A DNA stretch of 64,000 bases from assembly GCA_018266765.1 (NCBI GenBank), contig JAFDZU010000005.1, positions 24,312 through 88,311 on the forward strand, read 5' to 3'. The notes beneath the pieces were generated by a model. It saw nothing but the letters and a program-made list of their open reading frames with translations, was not told the DNA's origin and searched no databases. This stretch comes from Bacteroidota bacterium. Lineage in GTDB: Bacteria; Bacteroidota; Ignavibacteria; Kapaibacteriales; UBA961. Position 1 is the stretch's first letter. Every line of letters begins with the position of its first letter. This document shows, piece after piece, positions 40,239 through 48,741 of this stretch. Both the position numbers and the translations under genes were made by a program.

Positions 40239-41933
40239 TTACCGTTTAAACCGCCAACCATTTTCTTCGACTTCAAATATCCATGAAGCAATTTTGCCGC
40301 CATCAATAGTGTGGAAATTTTCCCAATAAACTCTTGAATGTGTGAAACGCGAACTGGTATCTCCTATTGGAATGGCACTAACATCATTCATTATACGCTG
40401 TAATCTTTGTTGCCAAGCGAGCATGTTTTCTACTCGTAAATCAACCCAGCCGTCATTACACCATTTTTCTATATTTTCAGAGGTTGTTTCCAACTCTGTT
40501 TGACCGCGATACGGTGGAATTTTTACATCATTTCCACGCAAATAGGATTTTCCGTTAGGAAGCATAATTACAAGTCCAACCGACAGCATTTGAGCACGAA
40601 GTTTAGCATCAGATTTAACTAACATGTCTGCTTTCTCTGAAAGTTGTTCTGCCGGAGTAGCAATAGCCGACTCGAAAGAAACTGCAATTCGTTTCAGAAT
40701 ATATGCCTCATAGAGTAATTTAGATAACCGTGGAGGTCCAAGCATTTCAAATGCAACGCTATCAGCCCCTGTTTCCTGTTCTAATGCTTTCAATTGTTCC
40801 AAAGCAGAGTTTCTCAAAATCCCTCCGCGATAGGTAGGCCCCATCACTGAAGAATCCAAAGCCGCAATTACGTCTAAACCGGTATTTCCGCCTCGAAGTT
40901 CATGAATAGTTACCTCAGCAATTTCTTCGGGTGTTACGAGTTCCATTTGCCCCAGAGCACTGATAGTTTCGAATTCTGCACGCGAAAAAATTCCGTTTTC
41001 TCCTGTGTCAATAAATACAGATTTGAAATTTTCACCGAAATCTTTAACTCCCTCTACAGGACGTAAAGAAAACGTTCCTCCATCAAGTTGCATTGCATTT
41101 TCAGGTAACATATCCACAAGTGGAATTGGCTTGCCTTTGCGAATTACTTCGCCGTGACCTATTTTTTTCCAAGCAATTACAGCACTCGGCTTGATTTCTT
41201 TGACAATCGGCCCATTCGGTGTACGTGCCGTCAAAAACAATAGAAGAGAATGTGCTCCTGCAACTGCAGATTTCGCAAGTAATACTCTCGACGGTTGTTC
41301 CTCGCTGTGGGTATAAGGGATGTTTAACCCCATACCACCGGTGCCACTTGTGCCAATTTTAATATAGGATGTGGTTTTGGCATCTTTAAGCCCTCGATAT
41401 AATATCTGAATGTGTCGTGTGAGTTGCGGTATATACAAACTTGCAAGCAAACGCTCTACTGTTTCATTGCTCACACCACCTTTGTCTAATTCACCCAATA
41501 TTGATCTTGAACTTGAATAAATATCTTGATATGCTATAGCTGTTGCAGTATTAACACAGTCTATGACTGCATCTGGTCTTGCGGAAAGAAGAAGAGAATA
41601 TAACGCTGAATCCTGAAGAATAATATCATCTAATTCATCTATAACATCATGTATCAACCCTAAGCGTAATGAATCATTAACTAATAATGTCTCCCTCGGA
41701 GTATCTTTCCATTCACTCCGGGTGAAGATATTGCCCCACCATGCTTCAAACATCTCGGAAGGATAATTTGAATATTCCTTGCGTAAATCGGCTACTGCTT
41801 CTTCCGCCTCAGATTGTTTTAACGAAGTAATTACTAATTTCTTAGGACTAAATTCCATTAATTTACGGCACATAGCCGCACCTACAAGCCCCCAACCGCC
41901 GATTACCACTATTGTTGAATCTTTTATCTGCAT
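40239..41933 (-). CDS. Hypothetical 564-aa protein with N-terminal NAD(P)-binding Rossmann motif (saccharopine-dehydrogenase-like start); function unknown
   Basis: TIVVIGGWGLVGAAMCRKL…KLVITS dinucleotide-binding signature. Remainder (…KIGTSGTGGMGLNIPYTHSEE…) matches no family I can name. Sits 7 bp from purN. Confidence 0.5.
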   Translation of the reverse strand: MQIKDSTIVVIGGWGLVGAAMCRKLMEFSPKKLVITSLKQSEAEEAVADLRKEYSNYPSEMFEAWWGNIFTRSEWKDTPRETLLVNDSLRLGLIHDVIDELDDIILQDSALYSLLLSARPDAVIDCVNTATAIAYQDIYSSSRSILGELDKGGVSNETVERLLASLYIPQLTRHIQILYRGLKDAKTTSYIKIGTSGTGGMGLNIPYTHSEEQPSRVLLAKSAVAGAHSLLLFLTARTPNGPIVKEIKPSAVIAWKKIGHGEVIRKGKPIPLVDMLPENAMQLDGGTFSLRPVEGVKDFGENFKSVFIDTGENGIFSRAEFETISALGQMELVTPEEIAEVTIHELRGGNTGLDVIAALDSSVMGPTYRGGILRNSALEQLKALEQETGADSVAFEMLGPPRLSKLLYEAYILKRIAVSFESAIATPAEQLSEKADMLVKSDAKLRAQMLSVGLVIMLPNGKSYLRGNDVKIPPYRGQTELETTSENIEKWCNDGWVDLRVENMLAWQQRLQRIMNDVSAIPIGDTSSRFTHSRVYWENFHTIDGGKIASWIFEVEENGWRFKR

Positions 41934-42182
41934 AAATTTTAATTCTGACTTTATCTAAATTCTTATATTCGTTCGGGTTATTGTTGAATAAACAGAGATT
42001 GTTATGATTTGATTTTTTAACAATCTACAAAAATACAAACTTTCATCGGCTCTACAGACCTAAAAAATAACTTTTCTTTAAAAGTTTTTTACTTCAGTCA
42101 ATAATTTGTTTTCATAGTATACGTTTTATACCGTCCTAAATTTACTTGTTCAAATATTCACACAAAATTCATAGGATTATTC

Positions 42183-44513
42183 ATGACTGTTTTGTTTCGG
42201 TTTTTTTCTATTGTTTTTTTTTGTACCACGCTTTTTTCATACACTACTTTTTCACAGACGTTAGACTCTACTTCCAATGGAATCCTTACCGGAACAATTG
42301 TTAATTCTGCTACACAATCGCCTATTCAGAGCGTAACGGTTGTAATACTTGGTACTAAACTTGGTGCTATTTCTAAATCCGACGGGAAATTCATTATTAG
42401 AAATATTCCGGCTGGAATTTACAATGTTCGTGCAAGTGCTATCGGTTATGAAATCACAGTTCAATCTAATATTATGGTTAGTGCGGCAAAACCCACGACC
42501 ATCGCATTCCAGCTTAATGAAAGAGCCATTGAACTCCAAGCCACAGAAGTAGAAGCAAATTATTTCCAAAAGAATGCAGAAACAATTACTTCCACCCAAC
42601 AGCTCAACTCCGAGGATGTGCGCCGCGCACCGGGTGTCCAAGAAGATGTAATCCGCGCTGTGGCACTTCTGCCGGGTGTGGGAGTTACTCAAGCCGGACG
42701 TAACGACCTTGTCGTTCGAGGAGGTGCACCGTTTGAAAATCTTTTTGTTGTGGATAATATCGAAGTTCCAAATATTAACCACTTTGGTTCACAAGGTTCG
42801 ACCGGCGGGCCACTGTCACTTATTAATATTGATTTCGTTCGGGATGTTAGTTTCTCGGCAGGTGGATTTGGTGCCAGATTTGGTGATAGGGTTTCCTCGC
42901 TAACCAATATCAATCTACGCAATGGCAACGAAGAACGTTTTGGCGGACAGTTGAATCTCTCGGCAACCGGATTCGGTGTAATTGCCGAAGGCCCGATTGC
43001 AAATACAGGTTCATATTTAGTGAGCGTTCGTCGCAGTTATCTGGATTTTATATTTAAAGCCGCAGGTTTTAGTTTTATTCCCGAATATTGGGATACACAA
43101 GTTAAAGTTAATGTCAATCTAAACCAAAACAACTCACTTTCATTCCTTACAATAGGAGCTTTGGACGGTATTTCATTCAATAATGATGACGCAGATAAAC
43201 GATTCAATAATTCTCGAATAAACGGCTCGAATCAAAATCAATACTTCTCAGGTTTAACGTGGAAAAGTCTCTTCTCGACTGGTTTTTTTACCGTCACGCT
43301 TGGGCGTAATTTTTCGACGTTTGATACACGTCAGCGCGATTCTAACCTCGTTGAAATTTTCAAGAATACTTCCACCGAAGGCGAAACTATGCTTCGCTCC
43401 GATTTTTTCTTTCAAATTAATCCGACAACGGAGCTTTCTTTCGGAAATAATCTAAAATTTGCTTCACTGCTCGATTATCAACTTATTATTCCCGGATATA
43501 CACGGCTTGATAATAACGGAGTTCAGCAACCACTGTCGCTCGACAGCAATTTTACAGCACTTCGCAACGGAACTTATGCCTCAATTTCATCCTCGCTTTC
43601 AGATAAGTTACGCTATATTGCCGGAGTTCGTCTTGATTATTATAACTCTCTCAAAAATTCACTCTATTTCTCTCCACGGCTCTCACTTAGTTATTCTTTA
43701 AATTCAGTTTCTTTACTGAATTTCAGTGCAGGACGCTATTATCAGTCGCCGTCATTTATTTGGCTCATGGGTGATAAAAACAATGCGCAGACTCTATCGG
43801 CAATTCGAGCTGACCAAATTATACTTGGTTACGAACACACGTTGCAGTCTGACCTTAAATTTCAAATTGAAGGATATTACAAATGGTACGGTAATTATCC
43901 TACTCGTATGTTCCGCCCGCAAGCTGTTCTCTCGCCTTCCGGTTTTGACGATGTTACCAATGACATTCCGTACGGTTTAGAACCGCTTTCGAGTGATGGC
44001 ATTGGTTTTTCTCGCGGTGTAGAGATTTTCCTTCAGAAAAAACTTGGCGATATTCCTCTCTATGGACTCGTGAGTTTCACCGTAAACCAAACTCGTTTTA
44101 CGGCTCTCGACGGCATTGAACGTGCGGGTTCGTTCGACAGTAGAATAATTTTTAATGCTTCGGCCGGCTATCGGTTTAATCAACAATGGGAAGTCAGTGG
44201 TAAATTCCGCCTTTCTACCGGCAATCCGACTTCGCCATTTGTTACCGACACTGCAAATATTCGATTCGGACAGATTGATTTTACAAATTATAATAGCGGT
44301 GAGCGACTCGCTCTCTTTCACTCACTTGATGTTCGTGTAGATAAACGATGGGTTTTCTCGGGAATTCAGCTTGTAACCTACATTGATATTCAGAACATTT
44401 ACAATCGCAAAAATGAATCCGGCGTTCGCTGGGATGCTCGCAAACGTGAAGCAATTACTCAAGTATCGGGTATTGGATTGCTTCCAAGTATAGGCGTTAC
44501 TATGGAATTTTAA
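42183..44513 (+). CDS. TonB-dependent outer-membrane receptor with N-terminal carboxypeptidase-regulatory-like domain
   Basis: Signal peptide. CarbopepD_reg-like segment (GTIVNSATQSPIQSVTVVILGTKLGAISKSDGKFIIRNIPAGIYNVRAS). Plug-like region (…DVIRAVALLPGV…). Long beta-barrel ending in aromatic F. Confidence 0.8.
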   Translation: MTVLFRFFSIVFFCTTLFSYTTFSQTLDSTSNGILTGTIVNSATQSPIQSVTVVILGTKLGAISKSDGKFIIRNIPAGIYNVRASAIGYEITVQSNIMVSAAKPTTIAFQLNERAIELQATEVEANYFQKNAETITSTQQLNSEDVRRAPGVQEDVIRAVALLPGVGVTQAGRNDLVVRGGAPFENLFVVDNIEVPNINHFGSQGSTGGPLSLINIDFVRDVSFSAGGFGARFGDRVSSLTNINLRNGNEERFGGQLNLSATGFGVIAEGPIANTGSYLVSVRRSYLDFIFKAAGFSFIPEYWDTQVKVNVNLNQNNSLSFLTIGALDGISFNNDDADKRFNNSRINGSNQNQYFSGLTWKSLFSTGFFTVTLGRNFSTFDTRQRDSNLVEIFKNTSTEGETMLRSDFFFQINPTTELSFGNNLKFASLLDYQLIIPGYTRLDNNGVQQPLSLDSNFTALRNGTYASISSSLSDKLRYIAGVRLDYYNSLKNSLYFSPRLSLSYSLNSVSLLNFSAGRYYQSPSFIWLMGDKNNAQTLSAIRADQIILGYEHTLQSDLKFQIEGYYKWYGNYPTRMFRPQAVLSPSGFDDVTNDIPYGLEPLSSDGIGFSRGVEIFLQKKLGDIPLYGLVSFTVNQTRFTALDGIERAGSFDSRIIFNASAGYRFNQQWEVSGKFRLSTGNPTSPFVTDTANIRFGQIDFTNYNSGERLALFHSLDVRVDKRWVFSGIQLVTYIDIQNIYNRKNESGVRWDARKREAITQVSGIGLLPSIGVTMEF

Positions 44514-44643
44514 ACAAAGACAGATAACCTTTTCAGATACAACAAATTGCTGTCTAAAAATCTTGCTGTTTCCGTACTCCTCGATAAAAAAAGCTATTTT
44601 TGCATCGTATTTCATTTATATTGGTTGATTTTACTACCGGATT

Positions 44644-47079
44644 ATGACTCCTTCTGTACGTTTTTTATTAATAGAACTTCTTGCAATTTTTATTTGGATT
44701 CTTGGGTTTTCTCATATTTGGCAGAAACCTGCATTACCATTTGAATTACGCGGAGCAATGACCATTACTGCACCCGATTCGAGTGTGGCAACTGTACTTC
44801 GCGTAGGAGATACTCTCAAAATAATAGACAGCATACGAATAACTTCTCGTGATGAAGCAGAGTTTATTCTCGACCGACACGCTGTTGGTGACACTGTAAT
44901 GCTACGAGTAATGGGAACGATTTCACCCGAACCATTTGTTGCCTCGGTAATAGTGAAGCGATTTTATTCACCGATGTATTTTGTAATAATACTCGTGGGT
45001 GCCGGTATATTTCTTGGGCTTGCTATAATTGTACGCCGCCGCCGCCCTATTGGGGTAGATATTCAAATATTCCATACTTTGTGTATTGCTATGGGAAGTT
45101 TGATAATGACAACCTCAGGACGATATACGATGCCGCTTGGGATTGGCTATCTTGTTTCGGCTGTCTTTTATGCTTCGTATTCGTTTTCGCCTGTTTTGCT
45201 TCTGCTTTTCAGCCGAATATTCCCAACAGACCGCCGCGCGGAAACTCCCCAATTACAAAGCAGAGCCATTCAAATTGCATCGGTATTAACATTCTTGCTT
45301 GTTGTTTCATTTATAACTGCTGCTGTAAGTACCTCTATCACTTTCTATAAGATTCATTTTGTTCTCTTTCGTTTGTGTCAATTATGGTTTGCAGGAATTG
45401 TGGTTCTCACAATTATAAGTTTCTATTTGGCTTACAAATCAGTAACTCTCGAATCGGAACGTCGAAAAATTCTTTGGATTGCTACCGGTGCGAGTATCAG
45501 CGCCTTAGGATTTGTCGGGTTATGGCAATTGCCTCAGTTTATCATCGGTCATCCAATTTTACCGGAAACGATAATTATTCTACTTGCTACAATTGCGCCG
45601 ATTTCATTTGCAATTGCTCTTGTTCGGTATAGAATAATGGACATAACATTGCTTATCAACCGAAGTGCAGTTTATGCTATTGTTTCGGCGATTGCCTTGC
45701 TTGTTTATGCTATTATCTTTGGAATTGTTCTGAAAATTAGCGGAGTTCTCAATGCAAATACCACATTTATGGTAACAGCCGTTGCCGTTATTATCAATGT
45801 AGCATTATTTGCTCCCGCAAAGGGATTCGTTCAGAATTTTATAGACAAAAAGTTCTTTCGAGTGCAATATCATTACCGGAATGTCCAGCGTGCGATGAGC
45901 GAAAAAATAACTGTAGCAGTCAGCACGGGTGATTTAGGTCAATTTTTGGTGCAGGCACTCAATACTATTCTCGCAGTCGAACGCATCGGTGTATTTATTC
46001 GTGATGGCGACGAAATGGAGCTTACGGCGCAAATCGGCTTAGACAAGTTACTCCAATTTGGTACTGACCGAAGTGCATTGCATACCATGGCTGAAACAAA
46101 AAGAATTATTGGCTTGCCGCAATTTTTCGAGCCGGAAGTCGAAATTGAAATCGGTGATGAAGAGTTGCTTCGGAGTTTTGGATTAGTATTGCTTTATCCT
46201 ATGCTTTCGCCAACCGGTGAACTATTGGGATGTATTATTATTGGCGAAAAAAAATCGGGTGCACGGTTTACCGGCGAAGATTATGATGTAATTAGTGGTG
46301 CTGTCCATGAATCATGCGTTGGATTAGAACATATAGCCCTGCTTCGGCAAATGGCTGTGCAACAAGCAGAATCACAACGTCTGCACGAATTGAATCTGAT
46401 GAAATCCTATTTTGTTTCGGGTGTTTCACACGAACTAAAAACTCCGCTGACGGCAATTCGTATGTTTAGCGAAATGCTCCGCACTCGCACCGAAAGCGCA
46501 AAAGGGCAAGAATATTTAGATATTATCGAAGGTGAAAGCTCACGTCTTTCGCGTTTGATAGATACAGTCTTGGATTTTGCACAAGTTGAGCGCGGCATCA
46601 AGGAATACCGAAAAAATCCTGTTGAACTTAATTCTATAGTAAGAAATGTACTATCGGTAATGCGCTATGAAATTGAAAAAGAAGGGTTTATTATCGAAAC
46701 ACGTATTGCAACCGGCGAGCTTAACTTTACTGCCGATGCCGATGCAATTGCTGAAGCAGTGATGAATCTCATCGCCAATGCAATGAAGTATTCACAGCAC
46801 GACCATTCCATTCTGCTCTCTACATTTCAGAATGATGACTTTGTGTGTATGAGTGTGGAGGACAAAGGAATCGGGATTCCGACCGAATCATTCGAGACGA
46901 TATTCAAACCGTTTGTTCGACTGCAAGACGAGGCAACTCAGCGAGTCGGTGGTGCCGGCTTAGGGCTTGCACTTGTAAAACATATTACCGAAAGTCATGG
47001 TGGGCATGTCGAACTCGAAAGCACCGTAGGAACCGGCTCGAAATTCACCCTCTGGTTTGCGGCAAATAGTGCTAAATAA
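44644..47079 (+). CDS. Membrane sensor histidine kinase: PDZ-like sensor segment, multi-TM domain, GAF-like domain, HisKA + HATPase_c
   Basis: H-box …SGVSHELKTPLTAI…. N/G1/G2 boxes …NLIANAMKYS…, …DKGIGIP…, …GGAGLGLALV…. Around 7 TM helices upstream. PDZ-like GDTLKIID…GDTVMLRV near the N-terminus. Confidence 0.85.
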   Translation: MTPSVRFLLIELLAIFIWILGFSHIWQKPALPFELRGAMTITAPDSSVATVLRVGDTLKIIDSIRITSRDEAEFILDRHAVGDTVMLRVMGTISPEPFVASVIVKRFYSPMYFVIILVGAGIFLGLAIIVRRRRPIGVDIQIFHTLCIAMGSLIMTTSGRYTMPLGIGYLVSAVFYASYSFSPVLLLLFSRIFPTDRRAETPQLQSRAIQIASVLTFLLVVSFITAAVSTSITFYKIHFVLFRLCQLWFAGIVVLTIISFYLAYKSVTLESERRKILWIATGASISALGFVGLWQLPQFIIGHPILPETIIILLATIAPISFAIALVRYRIMDITLLINRSAVYAIVSAIALLVYAIIFGIVLKISGVLNANTTFMVTAVAVIINVALFAPAKGFVQNFIDKKFFRVQYHYRNVQRAMSEKITVAVSTGDLGQFLVQALNTILAVERIGVFIRDGDEMELTAQIGLDKLLQFGTDRSALHTMAETKRIIGLPQFFEPEVEIEIGDEELLRSFGLVLLYPMLSPTGELLGCIIIGEKKSGARFTGEDYDVISGAVHESCVGLEHIALLRQMAVQQAESQRLHELNLMKSYFVSGVSHELKTPLTAIRMFSEMLRTRTESAKGQEYLDIIEGESSRLSRLIDTVLDFAQVERGIKEYRKNPVELNSIVRNVLSVMRYEIEKEGFIIETRIATGELNFTADADAIAEAVMNLIANAMKYSQHDHSILLSTFQNDDFVCMSVEDKGIGIPTESFETIFKPFVRLQDEATQRVGGAGLGLALVKHITESHGGHVELESTVGTGSKFTLWFAANSAK

Positions 47080-47759
47080 ATATCAATCTATATAACTCTT
47101 AATGTTTATTAGTTCATATTTCAATCTACTATTGACAACACTATTCTAACTAAAATAAAAACGATCACTTCTAATAAAAAATATCTGTTTTATTATATTT
47201 AAAGTATTTCCTATAAAGTAAATATCAATTAGTCTTGTTACCTTGAACTTAATTCAAAATCCCCGGTGACTATTCAGTCAAGTTTTGTGTTATGCTTGCG
47301 GAGATGTTATAATGAATTCAGCATGACTAAGGTATTATTTGTTTTGTTTCTACTTTTTTTTCATTAATAACACCATATAATGCCTCTACCGTAATTGGAT
47401 GACCAAACCCATCCATTCTATCTTAATATAAAATATACTATGTTAATGTGCCGCAAAATAACATAATCTCAAAATTTGCGTAGCAAACAAAAAAAATAAT
47501 TTAGCAACATAAATTAGAATTGCGTTTACTTGATAAAAGATTAGTGTATCTTTTTGTTTTTTTAAAATTTAGGTTGGCAATAAGTTAATTATTGTTTAAC
47601 TTTATTTTAAGTAAATTTCTAATATATAAATTAATGATAAATTTACAAACAAAATTTATACTAAATGTTAAAAAAACAGAGGAAATACAGTTATTTGATT
47701 AATATTATTTTAACTATTATTAAAAAGTTTCAAACCATACCGAGAAAGCTTAGAAAAAT

Positions 47760-48389
47760 ATGAGTACTATCGGTAAAAGAATAAAAATATTTGCCAAAGA
47801 GAATTATAAATCTGTTAGCGCATTAACACGAGCTATGGGAATGAGTGCTACTGCTCTTGCTCCCTATATAAAAGGGAGTATTATTCCCGGAATAAGATTA
47901 CAAGAAAAATTAAAAGACGCAGGATGTGACATTGATTGGCTCATGACAGGTAATAAGAATACGGTTCTTGGTTTGGATTTACAAGTCATAAAAATAAAGC
48001 CGATGTCTAAAAACATAAAAGTTTCGGTAATGATTTCTTCTGGAAATTATGATAACCTCTTTCTTGATGATGAAGGAGTACTCTATACTGACCCGTCGTT
48101 ACTCTACAATGAAACATCATTTTATGTTATTGTAAACGACATTAGTCTCTTAGGACAATTTGGCATATCGGAAGGTGATTGGCTTTTGGTTGACACTAAA
48201 AAACAACCGCTTGTCAATTTTATAGTTTTGGCGTTGATAGATGGAAAATCAACTGTAAAACGACTGATTGAGCACGATAATAAATTTTATTTAGAGTCTG
48301 ATAACCCTGAAGACAGTTTGGTTCTCCTAGATAACGAATCAACGAGAATTATAGGAATAATAAAAAAAATAGAGCGTTTGATACTATAA
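47760..48389 (+). CDS. HTH-XRE + S24 peptidase (LexA / phage CI-like) repressor
   Basis: N-terminal HTH (…KSVSALTRAMGMSATALAPYIKG…). C-terminal S24-like fold with candidate Ser (…VNDISLLG…) and Lys (…DGKSTVKRLIE…) catalytic dyad. Motif GISEGDWLLVD parallels LexA GIMDGDLLAVH. Confidence 0.7.
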   Translation: MSTIGKRIKIFAKENYKSVSALTRAMGMSATALAPYIKGSIIPGIRLQEKLKDAGCDIDWLMTGNKNTVLGLDLQVIKIKPMSKNIKVSVMISSGNYDNLFLDDEGVLYTDPSLLYNETSFYVIVNDISLLGQFGISEGDWLLVDTKKQPLVNFIVLALIDGKSTVKRLIEHDNKFYLESDNPEDSLVLLDNESTRIIGIIKKIERLIL

Positions 48390-48741
48390 AATAAAAAACT
48401 TGAGAATGGTGTTGAGCCGAATAATTAACAATCAAAGGAGAATAAAATTCTGTTGTAATAGAAGTACTTCCTCATAAATTAATTGAAAAAATCAGAATCT
48501 CTATATCTGTAAGGGTTTGGGGTGTGTTGTATATGTATTATTTAGCCATTATTAAAAAAACAATGAATTTAGTTAACGTTATAACCAATTGAAGATATAA
48601 TCAATATTATTCTTGAATATTTCTATTATTTTTTGTAATTGGAATTCATACATTAACTAATTTATATCTAAATACATTAAATAAACATATATTAATCTAA
48701 ATATATCTAAATATATATTAAATATAACATGAGGTTATAAC

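Noticed and set aside
47325-47369. 14-codon hydrophobic mini-ORF (MTKVLFVLFLLFFH) after a TATAAT box
   Set aside because: Too short to support without conservation or ribosome-profiling evidence. Kept only as a note inside the AT-rich islet finding.
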